A DNA stretch of 64,000 nucleotides, taken from assembly GCA_965206645.1 (NCBI GenBank), contig CBDBKE010000004.1, forward strand, positions 672,001-736,000, written 5' to 3'. Positions 20,139 through 31,273 of the stretch are shown here, piece after piece; the stretch's first letter is position 1; every line of letters begins with the position of its first letter. The position numbers and the translations under genes were made by a program. The DNA comes from Terriglobia bacterium. GTDB taxonomy: Bacteria; Acidobacteriota; Terriglobia; JAJPHL01; JAPKYU01. The notes beneath the pieces were generated by a model. It had not been told where the DNA came from. It did no database searches and worked only from the letters and a program-made list of their open reading frames with translations.

Positions 20139-21185
20139 TCACGTGCGCTGCCCCGGCAGCCGAGACTCCAGTAGCTGAGAAATGTGGGCGGCGATCTGAC
20201 GGCCGTGGAAGCGACCGTTCTCAATGAAGATTTCGGCAGATTGCATGCCGGCGACTAGCACGCCAGCCAGGTAGACTCCGGCCACATTCGTCTGGTAGGT
20301 TTCCGGGTCACAGTCCGGGCGGCCGGAAATCGGGTCCAGGGTCACACCCACGTGGGCCAGAAGCTCCACGTCGGGGTGGTACCCGGTCATGGCCAGGACG
20401 AAATCATTCCTCAGCCGATCGCTACCGTTTCCCGATTGCACGCCAGATTGCGCCCCCGATTGCACGCCCGATTGGAGCAGGATGTATTCCGGCTGGATCT
20501 CTCTGACCGAGGTGTTGAACAGGGCTCGGATTTCTCCATTCTTGATGCGGTTCTCCAGATCCGGCTTGACCCAGTACTTCACCTTGTCGGAAACCGCCGG
20601 GCCGCGGTGGATCAATGTGACACGGGCGCCGTGCCGGTAGAGCTCCAGGGCGGTTTCGGCCGCCGAGTTCTTTCCGCCAATGACGGCGACGTCGCTGTCG
20701 TAGTAGGGGTGGGCTTCCCGGTAGTAGTGGGAGACCTTTTCCAGCTGCTCGCCGGGAATGCCCAGCAAATTCGGCTGGCCGTAGTTGCCGGCGGCCAGCA
20801 CCAGTTTGCGCGCGCGGTAGCAGCGATCCTGGCCGGCGCGGGTACGCGAGCGGACCGTGAAGTTGCCATCGGCGCCCTCCACCCGTTGTGCGACCTCGTA
20901 CTGCCGCACCCGCAGTCCGTAATGCTGGGCCACGCGCCGGTAGTACTTCAGGGTCTCGACCCGCGTGGGCTTGTCGCGCCCGGCGGTCATGGGGACGTCA
21001 CCGATCTCCAGCAATTCGACCGTGGTGAAGAACAGCATGTTGACCGGGTAGTTCACCAGGGACTGGACCAGGCAGCCCTTTTCCAGCACCACGTAGGAGA
21101 GGCCCCGGCGCTGGCATTCAATGGCGCAGGCTAGCCCGGTCGGGCCTCCCCCCACAATCAAAACGTCGAAAGTTTCCATAGACAC
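20139..21185 (-). CDS. ypdA: YpdA-family putative bacillithiol disulfide reductase
   Basis: GGGPTGLACA, YPVNMLFFTT, HYYREAHPY, GGKNSA, KYWVKPDLENRI, IFIENGRFH. Confidence 0.9.
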   Translation of the reverse strand: MSMETFDVLIVGGGPTGLACAIECQRRGLSYVVLEKGCLVQSLVNYPVNMLFFTTVELLEIGDVPMTAGRDKPTRVETLKYYRRVAQHYGLRVRQYEVAQRVEGADGNFTVRSRTRAGQDRCYRARKLVLAAGNYGQPNLLGIPGEQLEKVSHYYREAHPYYDSDVAVIGGKNSAAETALELYRHGARVTLIHRGPAVSDKVKYWVKPDLENRIKNGEIRALFNTSVREIQPEYILLQSGVQSGAQSGVQSGNGSDRLRNDFVLAMTGYHPDVELLAHVGVTLDPISGRPDCDPETYQTNVAGVYLAGVLVAGMQSAEIFIENGRFHGRQIAAHISQLLESRLPGQRT

Positions 21186-21242
21186 GCGGGTACTTTCAGC
21201 GAAGCAGCAGGCGGGACGAACTTTGCGAGGCGAGGCCTCCGA

Positions 21243-22373
21243 TCACATGAATTGCAGGTTTCGCTCGAAGTCGGCCGGGCTGGTGGCGGCATGCTTGGCC
21301 ACGTCCATCGTGATGATTTCCGACCGGCAGAGATCCGTCAGGTGCTGGTCGAAGGTCTGCATGCCGTACATCTCGCGACCCTTCTCCATGAAGTCTTTCA
21401 TTGTGTCGGTCTTGGACGGGTCTTCGATACACTCCTGAATGGATTTGGTCTGGCGCATGATTTCGCAGGCCACCACCCGGCCGCTGTTATCGGCTTTGGG
21501 CAGCAGGCGCTGCGAAATGACGCCCTGCAAGACCTCAGCCAAGCGCAACCGCACCGTAGGCTGCTCGCCCGGATCAAAGACCGCAATCAGGCGCGAGACC
21601 GTCTTGGGCGCGTCGGTGGTGTGCACGGTGGAGAAGACCAGGTGGCCGGTCTCGGCCGCCTTCATGGCGATGTCAATGGTCACGGTGTCGCGCATCTCTC
21701 CCACCAGGATGATATCAGGGTCCTGGCGCAGGGCCGCGCGCAACGCCTTGGCGAAGATCTCGGTGTCGGAGCCCACCTCGCGCTGACTGATGTTGGCCTT
21801 GCTGTCGCGGTATATGAACTCGATGGGATCCTCGATGGTGATGATTTTAGCGCTCCTGTTATGGTTGATGTGATTGATCAGCGCGGCCAGCGTCGAGGAC
21901 TTGCCGCTGCCGGTCGTGCCGGTCAGCAATACCAGGCCGCGGTCCATCAAGGCGATCTTTTCCAGCACCTCCGGCAGGCCAAGCTTTGTGAAGTCCGGGA
22001 CGTTGAACGGGATGTGCCGCAGCACCAGGGAGAGCGATCCGCGCTGGCTGCAGATGTTGACGCGGAACCGGCCGACCTCCGCCAGGCTGTAGGAACAATC
22101 GAAGTCGGTGATTCCCTGGACGAATGAGGCCACGTTCTCACGAGTACACTTCCGCCCCGCTAGCAGAATGCCGGCGGCAATCGTGGCTACGTCTGCAGGA
22201 GTCAACGGGGTTGGGTCCGAGGGCGCTACCATCTCTCCCTTGAGGCGTATGCGAAATCCGCTCCCAACCACGACGTGAAGGTCGGAACCCCCCTTGCTGA
22301 CAGCCTCCCGTAAAACGTTATTGAAACGGTCAAACGAAGTAACAGGTCTTGCAGCAGTCGGGGTCGTTGCCAT
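21243..22373 (-). CDS. pilT: PilT/PilU-family type IV pilus retraction ATPase
   Basis: GSDLH, GRFRVN, GTTGSGKS, TIEDPIE, ALRQDPD, GEMRD, GMQTFDQ. ATG 22373 follows a GGAGA RBS. The AIRNLIRE motif is replaced by SIQECIED, so it is probably a paralogue. Confidence 0.88.
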   Translation of the reverse strand: MATTPTAARPVTSFDRFNNVLREAVSKGGSDLHVVVGSGFRIRLKGEMVAPSDPTPLTPADVATIAAGILLAGRKCTRENVASFVQGITDFDCSYSLAEVGRFRVNICSQRGSLSLVLRHIPFNVPDFTKLGLPEVLEKIALMDRGLVLLTGTTGSGKSSTLAALINHINHNRSAKIITIEDPIEFIYRDSKANISQREVGSDTEIFAKALRAALRQDPDIILVGEMRDTVTIDIAMKAAETGHLVFSTVHTTDAPKTVSRLIAVFDPGEQPTVRLRLAEVLQGVISQRLLPKADNSGRVVACEIMRQTKSIQECIEDPSKTDTMKDFMEKGREMYGMQTFDQHLTDLCRSEIITMDVAKHAATSPADFERNLQFM

Positions 22374-22455
22374 AACAGCGTCTCCCTGTGGACACAGCGA
22401 TTCGAGCCCAGGACCGAGCGAGTATTTATGGTAGCGAGCAAGCGAGGAACTGTCA

Positions 22456-23037
22456 ATGACTGTCGCCGCGAGCGAAGCTGGCGCCGGAAGTGAAGCCACT
22501 TCTGGTAATCTACAGGCCGTGGCCCGCTCGCGCAAACGAGCAGCCTTTGTCGGCGGCGTGCTCACGCTGCTGCTACTGTCGCTGGTCGCCCGCTACATTC
22601 TTTCTCCACGGCCCACATCGGGTGATCGGTTTTGCAGGAAGGTCATTGATGGCGACACGATTAAGCTGGATGACGGCGAACGGGTACGCCTGATTGGTGT
22701 GGACACCCCGGAGAAAAATGACAGGCGCCCGGAAATGCGCGACCTGGCCGCCGCGGCCACCGGTTTCACCCGGCGCCTCTGCGAGCGGCGCTCCGTGCGT
22801 CTGGAGTACGATTTCGAGCGCCAGGACCGTCACGGCCGCACCCTGGCCTACGTCTTCCTGAAGGACGGCACCTTCGTCAACGCCGAGATCGTGCAGCAGG
22901 GCTACGGCTTCGCCTATACCCGATTCCCCTTCCGTTACCTGGAGGAGTTCCGCACCTACGAGCGCGAGGCGCGAGCCGCCGGGCGGGGGCTGTGGGCTAG
23001 CCATCCGTCTCCCCTCAGCCGTCTCCGTTCCCGTTAG
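22456..23037 (+). CDS. Thermonuclease (SNase-like), membrane anchored
   Basis: VIDGDT, VRLIGVDTPE, DRHGRTLAYV, EREARAAGRGLW. Confidence 0.93.
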   Translation: MTVAASEAGAGSEATSGNLQAVARSRKRAAFVGGVLTLLLLSLVARYILSPRPTSGDRFCRKVIDGDTIKLDDGERVRLIGVDTPEKNDRRPEMRDLAAAATGFTRRLCERRSVRLEYDFERQDRHGRTLAYVFLKDGTFVNAEIVQQGYGFAYTRFPFRYLEEFRTYEREARAAGRGLWASHPSPLSRLRSR

Positions 23038-23100
23038 GTCCGCCGTTGAGACCCCCCTGAGACTATGTTGAGCCCATAACGTTGAGCCTATAATGAAGCT

Positions 23101-24756
23101 GTGAAGCTGGCGCTGGGACAGATCAACACCACGGTCGGCGATTTAGCCGGCAACGTCCAGAAGATGGTGGACTTCGCGCGCCGGGCGCGCGCGGCCGGCG
23201 CCGAACTGATCATTTTTCCCGAGCTGGCCGTCTCCGGCTACCCGCCCCGGGACCTGGTAGAAAAGCCCTTGTTTCTTGAGCGCAACCAGCAGGAGCTGGA
23301 ACGCTTGGCGCGAGAGACAGCTCGCCTGCCGATCCAGGTCATCTGTGGCTTCGTCGGACGGGCCGAGCAGGAAACCGGCAAGGCGGCGACTAACAGCGCA
23401 GCGCTGCTGGCCGGCGGCCGGGTCGAGTTTCTCCAGCGTAAGATGTTGCTGCCCACCTACGATGTCTTCGACGAAGCGCGCCACTTTGCATCCGCCGAGC
23501 GCCAGTCCCTGTTCTCGCTGTGCGGACGGCAGACGGCCCTCACCATCTGCGAAGACATCTGGAACGACAAGACCTTTTGGGTCCGGCGCCGCTACGAGCG
23601 CGATCCGGTCGAGGAACTGGTGACGCAGGGCGCCAACCTGCTGATCAACATCTCCGCCTCCCCGTACTCCATGGGCAAGCGCCAGTTCCGCCACAGCATG
23701 CTCGAGGCTTTGGCGAAGCGTCACCACATGCCTGTGGTGCTGGTGAACCAGGTTGGGGGAAATGACAGCCTGGTGTTCGACGGCTCTAGCGCCGTCGTGG
23801 ACGCCGACGGCGTGACGCGCGCCCGCGCCCGCGCCTTCGAGGAAGACCTTTTACTCTACGACACAACCACCAACCGGGGTGAGGAGCGTCCGTCACTCGA
23901 GGACGAACACGAAGCCGTCTACCGCGCCCTGGTGCTGGGGACGCGCGATTACGTGCGCAAGTGCGGGTTCCGCAAGGCGCTGGTCGGCTTAAGTGGGGGC
24001 ATTGACTCTTCGCTCACCGTCTGCATCGCCGCCCAAGCCCTGGGTGCAGAGAACGTCACCGGCGTGGGGATGCCCGGCCCCTACTCTTCGCCAGCCAGCC
24101 TGGAGGATGCGTGGGCCCTGGCCAAGGCGCTGGGCATCGCGTTTCACACCGTGCCCATCGGCGATATCTGGCAGGCCTACCGGGACGCGCTGGCAGGCGC
24201 GTTTGCCGGCCTGCCCGAAGACGTCACCGAAGAGAACTTGCAGTCGCGGGCCCGCGGCAACGTGCTGATGGCGCTGTCCAACAAGTTCTCCGCGTTGGTG
24301 CTGAGCACGGGCAACAAGAGCGAGCTGGCGATGGGTTATGCCACCCTGTACGGAGATATGGCCGGCGGGTTAGCGGTGATCGCCGATATCCCCAAGACGA
24401 TGGTGTACGAGCTGGCGCGAGTGGCCAACCGCCCTGAGCACTTGGACGGCGCTGTCCCGGAGCGGGTCTTCGAAAAACCACCTTCCGCCGAACTCCGGCC
24501 CAATCAGAAAGACACTGATTCCCTGCCCCCCTACGAAGTTCTGGACGCCATTCTGAAGGGCTACATCGAGGAGTTCGAGTCGCCCGCCGAGATTGCCGCC
24601 AAGAACAGCGTGCCTCTGGAGCTGGTGCGCCAGGTCTGCCAGCGGGTGGACCGCAACGAATACAAGCGCCAGCAAGCCGCGCCCGGCCTGAAGGTTACGT
24701 CCAAGGCCTTCGGCATCGGTCGCCGCTTTCCCATCGCCCAGCGCTTCTTTGAGTAG
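23101..24756 (+). CDS. nadE: Glutamine-dependent NAD+ synthetase
   Basis: Nitrilase domain (FPEL, ICEDIW) plus SGGIDS, ENLQSR, TGNKSE, PSAELRP, NEYKR. Confidence 0.97.
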   Translation: MKLALGQINTTVGDLAGNVQKMVDFARRARAAGAELIIFPELAVSGYPPRDLVEKPLFLERNQQELERLARETARLPIQVICGFVGRAEQETGKAATNSAALLAGGRVEFLQRKMLLPTYDVFDEARHFASAERQSLFSLCGRQTALTICEDIWNDKTFWVRRRYERDPVEELVTQGANLLINISASPYSMGKRQFRHSMLEALAKRHHMPVVLVNQVGGNDSLVFDGSSAVVDADGVTRARARAFEEDLLLYDTTTNRGEERPSLEDEHEAVYRALVLGTRDYVRKCGFRKALVGLSGGIDSSLTVCIAAQALGAENVTGVGMPGPYSSPASLEDAWALAKALGIAFHTVPIGDIWQAYRDALAGAFAGLPEDVTEENLQSRARGNVLMALSNKFSALVLSTGNKSELAMGYATLYGDMAGGLAVIADIPKTMVYELARVANRPEHLDGAVPERVFEKPPSAELRPNQKDTDSLPPYEVLDAILKGYIEEFESPAEIAAKNSVPLELVRQVCQRVDRNEYKRQQAAPGLKVTSKAFGIGRRFPIAQRFFE

Positions 24757-24815
24757 AAGTCTTCGCCTCCCGCCTCCGAGACGTCGCAGGACACGACTAA
24801 AGATGAGAAGGCGTA

Positions 24816-26596
24816 CTATTCGACTGCGATCCTCACCGTATTGCTAGTGACGCCGCCAGCGGTGATGGACATGGGCACCGCCACGTCGGGGGTAATATTC
24901 TCAGGCACCAGGGCGTTGATCTGCCAGACGCCCACCAGTCCCGGCGCCATCTCGCTGAATAGAACGTGAGCCTGGCTGCCTCCGATCCTCACCGTGGGCT
25001 GCACTTGTGTCCGCACCAGCGGGTTGCCACCGGCCGGCGCCGGTTCACCGGGCAGCAACGACAGGTCCGTTGCCCCGGCACCCGTGGCGAAAATCTGGAT
25101 CACGCTGCCCCGGGCCGCGGGTTGTACCCCCAGAATTGTCTCGGGGTTTCCATTGAGCGAATTGTCCTGGTTTAACACGGAAGCCTGACCTCGTCCGGTA
25201 GCCAACACCGTGAAGATGCCCGGCGCAGTCGCTTGCAGCGATAGTCTGGTGAGTAGCGCGGTGCCATCCGGCCGCTCCAACTGCGCGGGAACAGCTGCCC
25301 CGGGCGGGTTGATTCCGGACGGCACCTGAAAATTGATCTGCTGCGGGCCAACAAAAAGCAAGGGTACTGGTATCCCACCGGAGTACTCCCAGGCTGAACC
25401 GTTATAGGCCAGTTCGCCTCCGAGCCGTAGCGTCATTCCGCCCAGCGTAGTGGGCAGGGGCAAGAAATCAGCAGTTAAATTTCGGTCCACACCCGTGGAC
25501 TGAGACCCCAAAATGACGCTGGCTAGCGAGCCGGGGGCCACCATCGGGGAAAAACTGGCCGCATTGATCATCGTGAACTCCGAAGGCTCGGGAGGAACAC
25601 GCTGGAGAAAGAACAAGCTGTCGGAGTTGCGACTGGTGATGAAAACAACGGCCTTGCTGGGACTCCTGAAGCTGGACCAACGAGAACTTGCAACCCCTGC
25701 GGCGCCGGGAATCTCTGGAACAATCGTCACGTCGCTGCTATCGCTGCTGATCAGAGCAATCGAATCGGCTCCGCCGATGACGGCAACGACCCCCAGGAAA
25801 GCATCCGTGCCGACAAAATCCTGTGGGTTGGGAACATTCCGAATGACCGACAGCACCTCCAGAGTCTCGGTGTCGTAGGTCGTAATGGTGTCATCTAAGG
25901 CGCTAGCGACGTAGCCTGTGGCGGTCACGACAGTCGGCTTCTGAGCGGAGATGCGCGTCAATATGGACAAAGTTGTCAGATCCACCAAGGTCACCACATT
26001 TGCGTCAGTGCCTGCTACCCATGCGATCTTATGGCCCTGCTGCGTCCTAGCGACCGCAACGCCCCGTAATCCCCGACTACCGGCAACCTCGGGAATTCTG
26101 GCAGTGACCGCAAACGACTGCAGATCGATCAGGGCAAGACTGCTGTCACCGAGCAGGGAAAGGCCGCCGCGTAAGGCAGGGAGCCGACATGGATCGTGCC
26201 CAAGATAGTGGCGTCCGGGACTCGCAATATGCTTACGGAGCCGTCTGAAGGTGAGGTGACCAGTACATGGTCGTCGACGTATTGGTCGCCGATGCGACAG
26301 CGCGTCACGGCGTAGGGTGTAGGAACCTGGGGAACGACGATGGGTGGGAGAATGCTGAAATCCCCAATGACCGTGCTGCCCTTTACCTCAAAAATGGAAA
26401 CGGACTGGTCGCCCGAATTGGCAACCACGGCGTAGCGTCCAGCTGTTGCATCAAATGGCGAAGAAAACCTCGCAATGTCAACGCCGATCGGCGCCCGTCC
26501 GACCGGCACGGAATCCAAACGAATTGCCTGCGCCGAAACGTGCCCCGCGCCCCAGAGTGCCAAAACGACTACGGAACGCAAAAGAACGCCTAGCAT
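24816..26596 (-). pseudogene. Secreted YVTN/YncE-like beta-propeller plus TIGR03437-type C-terminal domain, frameshifted near 26160
   Basis: The frame from ATG 26596 (signal peptide MLGVLLRS...SAQ) stops at 26129. Another frame resumes at about 26160 (SLLGDSSLALIDLQ...) and runs into NAASF...APGS...QINFQVP...APGIF...GVWQIN...SNTV. Confidence 0.75.
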
Positions 26597-26678
26597 TGCC
26601 GTGATCTCCCTGCCGGGCCCGCTGCTTGATTGTAACGCTTCTTGCGCTCGCTGCCGCGCCCTGTATAGTTTAGGCGGC

Positions 26679-29201
26679 ATGAGGAGCGGGCTGGCGTTAC
26701 TGTTGCTTGCCGGCCTGGCTGCGCTGCAAACCAGCGCTCCGGAGCCGCAATGGCCGGGGCCGAAGCGGGATGGGTTTCTGCTGCCCATGGGCTGGCGGCT
26801 GGCGCCGACCGGCATCCAGGTGCCGCTGCCCGACACGCGGCCGATGACGCTGGCCCTGCACCCGGACGGGAAGCGCCTGTTCGTCCTCAGTGCTGGCTAC
26901 ACGCAACCCTCGGTGCTGATCCTGGATTCGGCGCAGCCCGGTCGCGAGGGCGGAGTCACTCGCGTGGGCCTCAGCAATGCCTGGCTGGGCTTGGTGATTA
27001 ACCCCGAAGGCGACGGCTTCTACGTGCCCGAGGGCAACGCCGGCACGGTGCGCGAGTTCTCCTTCACGAAAAGCGAGATCAAGCCCGCGCGCGAATTCAA
27101 ACTCTTTGAGGGCGTGACAAACCCGCTGGCGCGTGGGCGCCAGCGCTGGAACTCGAACCACTTCCTGGGCGACGCGGCCCTGCATCCCGACGGCAAACGG
27201 CTCTACGTGGCCGACATGCAGGCGGGGCTGGTCTACGAGCTGGACCTCGACAAAGGGCGGGACCGGAAGGGACCGGACGAGGGACCGGACAAGGGACCGG
27301 ACGAGGATAAAGTTGCGCGCCAAATCCGCGTGGGCGCGCACCCTTACCGGGTGCTGGTGTCCTCCGACGGAACTCGCCTGTACGTCAGCAACTGGGGCAG
27401 CAGCAACATCAGCGTGATCGAAGTCGCTACCGGCAACGTGCAGGCCACCTTTGCCAGCGGCGCGCACCCCTCCGACATGCTCCTGGCCCCGCGCGGACAC
27501 CTGTACGTAGATTGCTCCAACACCAACGAAGTCTACGTGCACGACGCCGACACCGGGGCGGTGCGCGAGCGCATCTGGGTGGCGCTGCATCCCAAGGCAC
27601 CGCCGGGCAGCACCCCCAATGCGCTGGCACTGGCGCCCGACGGCAGCCGATTGTATGTGGCCAATGCCGACAACAACATCTTAGCAGTGATCACGCCGGG
27701 CGCCATCGAGTCCCGCGTGGAGGGCTTCATCCCCACCGGCTGGTATCCCACGGCGGTGCAGGTTTCACCCAACGGGCGGCGCCTGTTCGTCGCCAACGGC
27801 AAAGGCCAGGGCAGCCGCGCCAACCCGGGCGGGCCGCAGCCGGACCGCCCAATGACTCCACAAACCGAGTACACGCCGCGCATTCAGAGGGGCTCGCTGA
27901 GCATCATCAACGTGCCGGACGAAGCCCAGTTGAAGATTCTGACGCGGCGCGCGCTGGCCGCCTCCCCCTACCACGACGAGCTGCTGGAAACGGCGCCGGG
28001 CCCAGGCACGGTGATTCCCACGCAACCGGGCGGAGCAACTCTCATCCGCTACGTCATCTACATCGTCAAGGAGAACCGCACCTACGACCAGCTCTTCGGC
28101 GACATTCCGGAGGGCAATGGCGCCCCGTCGCTGGTGCTGTTCGGTGAGACGGTCACGCCCAACCACCATCGCCTGGCGCGCCAGTTCGTGCTGCTCGACA
28201 ATTTCTACGCCAGCGCTGACGTGAGCGCCGACGGCCACAACTGGTCCATGGGCGCGCTGGCCAATGACTTCGTACAAAAGCTTTGGCCCGCTACGTACGC
28301 CGGGCGCCGCGTCCTCTATGACTACCAAGGACAGGACCCGACCAGCCGCCCGCCCGGCGGCTACTTGTGGGACGCCGCACGGAAGGCCGGCGTCAGCTTC
28401 CGTCTCTACGGCGAGTGGACGGAGAACCCGGAGGACCCAAGGCAGCCCGTACGGCCACGGGTGAAGGAGTTCGAAGACCACGTCGCTCCCTCCTACCGCA
28501 ACTTCGACCTGAACTACCCGGACCGGAGGCGCGCCCAGGAGTGGCTGCGCGAGTTCCGCCAGTTCGAGAAGAACGGTGACCTGCCGCAGCTCCAGATCGT
28601 GCGCCTGCCCAACGATCACACCGCCGCCACCCACCCCGGGGCCTGGACGCCTCGCGCCATGGTGGCCGATAACGACCTGGCGCTGGGACGAATCGTCGAG
28701 GCGGTGACTCGCAGCCGCTTCTGGAAGGAGACCGCCATCTTTGTGCTGGAGGATGACGCGCAGAACGGGCCGGACCATGTGGACTCGCACCGCTCGATCG
28801 CGCTCGTGATCAGCCCTTATGCGCGACGCGGCGCAGTGGACAGCACCATGTACTCTACCGTTAGCGTCCTGCGCACTATCGAGCTGATCCTCGGTCTGCC
28901 CCCCTTGACGCAGCACGATGCCGCCGCCACGCCAATGTTCGCCGCCTTCACCGACAAACCTGACTTTCGCTCTTACACGGCCGTGAAGCCGAAGGTGAAT
29001 TTGAACGAGCGCAACCCGCCCGAGGCCCCAGGCGCTGCCGCCTCGGCTCGCATGGACTTCAGCGACGTGGACCTGATAGAGGCCCACCAGATGAACGCGA
29101 TCCTCTGGCGCGCGATTGAGGGTGACGTTCCCATGCCCGCCCCTCTGCGCAGCGCCTTCCCCTCGCTTTTGACCCCAAAAACCGGAGATACGCACAGGTA
29201 A
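26679..29201 (+). CDS. Bifunctional YncE beta-propeller / phosphoesterase (alkaline-phosphatase superfamily)
   Basis: Signal peptide from ATG 26679; GSTPNALAL, IPTGWYP, KENRTYDQ, LPNDHT, EDDAQNGPDHVDSHRS. Confidence 0.92.
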   Translation: MRSGLALLLLAGLAALQTSAPEPQWPGPKRDGFLLPMGWRLAPTGIQVPLPDTRPMTLALHPDGKRLFVLSAGYTQPSVLILDSAQPGREGGVTRVGLSNAWLGLVINPEGDGFYVPEGNAGTVREFSFTKSEIKPAREFKLFEGVTNPLARGRQRWNSNHFLGDAALHPDGKRLYVADMQAGLVYELDLDKGRDRKGPDEGPDKGPDEDKVARQIRVGAHPYRVLVSSDGTRLYVSNWGSSNISVIEVATGNVQATFASGAHPSDMLLAPRGHLYVDCSNTNEVYVHDADTGAVRERIWVALHPKAPPGSTPNALALAPDGSRLYVANADNNILAVITPGAIESRVEGFIPTGWYPTAVQVSPNGRRLFVANGKGQGSRANPGGPQPDRPMTPQTEYTPRIQRGSLSIINVPDEAQLKILTRRALAASPYHDELLETAPGPGTVIPTQPGGATLIRYVIYIVKENRTYDQLFGDIPEGNGAPSLVLFGETVTPNHHRLARQFVLLDNFYASADVSADGHNWSMGALANDFVQKLWPATYAGRRVLYDYQGQDPTSRPPGGYLWDAARKAGVSFRLYGEWTENPEDPRQPVRPRVKEFEDHVAPSYRNFDLNYPDRRRAQEWLREFRQFEKNGDLPQLQIVRLPNDHTAATHPGAWTPRAMVADNDLALGRIVEAVTRSRFWKETAIFVLEDDAQNGPDHVDSHRSIALVISPYARRGAVDSTMYSTVSVLRTIELILGLPPLTQHDAAATPMFAAFTDKPDFRSYTAVKPKVNLNERNPPEAPGAAASARMDFSDVDLIEAHQMNAILWRAIEGDVPMPAPLRSAFPSLLTPKTGDTHR

Positions 29202-29210
29202 AATACCGGC

Positions 29211-31205
29211 ATGTGGCTCAGACAGTTGCTCGTTTTCCTTCTGTGTTCCAGCGCGCTGTGGGCCGAGGTTGTGCGCATCGAGATTCACGCGCGCAGTGAA
29301 GTTCTTGGTGGGCGCACGTTCGGCCTGGCCGGGCCCTACGAGAAGCTGGTCGGCAAGGTCTACTTCGCGGTGGACCCTGGCAACCCCATCAACCAGATCA
29401 TCGCCGACATTAACAAAGCCCCGCGCAATGCCGCGGGCAAGGTGGAATTTTCCTCCGACATGTACGTGCTGAAGCCCAAGAACCCCGAGCGCGGCAACGG
29501 TGCAGTGCTGTGCGACATTCCCAATCGCGGCCGCAAAGTCATGCTGAGTTTCTTCAATCGCGCCCCGTACAGCCTCGATCCCAGCACGGGGGCCGAGTTT
29601 GGCGACGGCTTCCTGATGCGGCAGGGCTACACGCTGGTCTGGCTGGGATGGCAATGGGACCCGCCGCCAAGACCCGGCCTGATGCGCCTGTATGCGCCGG
29701 TTGCGCGCGGCATCCAGGGACTCGTGCGGGCCGACTTCGTGGTGACGCAGAGGGTCACCCGGCGCCTGCTCTCCGACCGCAACCACATCCCCTACCGAGT
29801 AGCTGATCCGGACGATCCCCAGGCCACCCTGACGGTGCGCGATCGCGTGGACTTGCCGCGCCGGCTCATCCCCCGAAAGCATTGGAAATTCTCGGCAGAC
29901 CGCACCAGCGTGGAAATGCCGGCGGGCTTTGAGCCGCACAAGATCTACGAAGTTGTGTACACGGGCAAAGATCCAGTGCTGGTGGGCCTGGGGCCGACGG
30001 CCGTGCGTGACTTCCTTTCGCACCTGAAATACGAGCGCGAGGCCGCACCGGGCGCTCCGCCTGAGAAGCCCCTGATTCCTGGCATCCGCCGCGCCTACGC
30101 CTTCGGCATCTCGCAAAGCGGCCGCTTCCTGCGCACCTTCCTTTACTACGGCTTCAACCAGGACGAAGCTGGCCGCAAGGTGCTGGACGGGATCATCCCG
30201 CACGTGGCTGGCGCCTCCCGGGGCAGCTTCAACCATCGCTTCGCCCAGCCGTCACGCGATGCCCATCCCTTTATGAATTTCTTCTACCCCACCGTCATCT
30301 TTCCCTTCACCGATGTCGCACAGACCGACCCGGAGACCGGGCTGACCGATGGCTTGCTGCGGCGGGCCCGCGACAGCGGTACGGCCCCACGGATCTTTCA
30401 CACCAACGCCTCCTACGAATACTGGGGCCGTGCAGCATCGCTGATCCATACCAGCCTGGACGGCAAATCCGACGCTCCCATCCCTAACAATGTGCGAATT
30501 TACCTGTTTGCCGGCTCGCAGCACGGCCCTGCACCGTTCCCGCCCGCACGCACGATCGGGCAGCAGCGCGACAACCCAAACGATTTTCGCTGGGCCATGC
30601 GCGCGCTGCTGGTGGCGCTGGATCTCTGGATCAGCAAGGATGAGTCGCCGCCCCCCAGCCTCTACCCGCGCCTCGCGAACGGGACGCTGGTGTCGGCTGA
30701 AGCGCTGGACTTCCCAGAGATTCCCGGAGTGGGCTACTCGACGCGGGTGCTGTTGGCCTACCGTGCCGACTACGGGCCGAAGTGGAAATCCGGGATCGTC
30801 ACGCGGGAGCCACCAAGGATTGGCAAACCCTTCCCAGCGCTTGTGCCACAAGTGGATGCAGACGGAAATGAAAGGATTGGTTTAAAGTTGCCAGAGGTGG
30901 CCGTCCCCCTGGCCACCTATACCGGATGGAATCTGTTCAACGAAAGGTCAGGCCCTCCGGACGAAATTTCCAGCATGGCCGGAAGCTACATCCCCTTCCC
31001 ACGAACTCGCGCCGAACGGCTGCGCACAGGCGACCCGCGGCGTTCGATCGAAGAGCGCTACCGCGACCGCGCGCAGTACCTGGGAAAGGTGGCCGCCTCT
31101 GCCCTACAATTGATCGAGCGGAGGTATCTGCTCGATCACGACTTACCGGAAATCCTCAGACAGGCGGCCGAGCGGTGGGACCACGCCGCCGACAAGCGAA
31201 GATAA
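29211..31205 (+). CDS. Secreted alpha/beta hydrolase domain protein (Abhydrolase_10-like)
   Basis: Signal peptide; PNRG, GWQWD, nucleophile elbow GISQSGRFLR, EYW, VPQVDADGN, PLATYTGWN. Confidence 0.85.
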   Translation: MWLRQLLVFLLCSSALWAEVVRIEIHARSEVLGGRTFGLAGPYEKLVGKVYFAVDPGNPINQIIADINKAPRNAAGKVEFSSDMYVLKPKNPERGNGAVLCDIPNRGRKVMLSFFNRAPYSLDPSTGAEFGDGFLMRQGYTLVWLGWQWDPPPRPGLMRLYAPVARGIQGLVRADFVVTQRVTRRLLSDRNHIPYRVADPDDPQATLTVRDRVDLPRRLIPRKHWKFSADRTSVEMPAGFEPHKIYEVVYTGKDPVLVGLGPTAVRDFLSHLKYEREAAPGAPPEKPLIPGIRRAYAFGISQSGRFLRTFLYYGFNQDEAGRKVLDGIIPHVAGASRGSFNHRFAQPSRDAHPFMNFFYPTVIFPFTDVAQTDPETGLTDGLLRRARDSGTAPRIFHTNASYEYWGRAASLIHTSLDGKSDAPIPNNVRIYLFAGSQHGPAPFPPARTIGQQRDNPNDFRWAMRALLVALDLWISKDESPPPSLYPRLANGTLVSAEALDFPEIPGVGYSTRVLLAYRADYGPKWKSGIVTREPPRIGKPFPALVPQVDADGNERIGLKLPEVAVPLATYTGWNLFNERSGPPDEISSMAGSYIPFPRTRAERLRTGDPRRSIEERYRDRAQYLGKVAASALQLIERRYLLDHDLPEILRQAAERWDHAADKRR

Positions 31206-31273
31206 CAAACCGGCAAAATGTGGAACTCTTCCTGAGCCAGAATGGAATCCCTCGGCTACGACCGGAATCTAAT

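Noticed and set aside
27765-30236. 823-aa minus-strand ORF, and similar long antisense ORFs at 3340-4584, 10515-12032 and 58455-59972
   Set aside because: Shadow frames of well-supported GC-rich genes on the opposite strand; no recognisable motifs.
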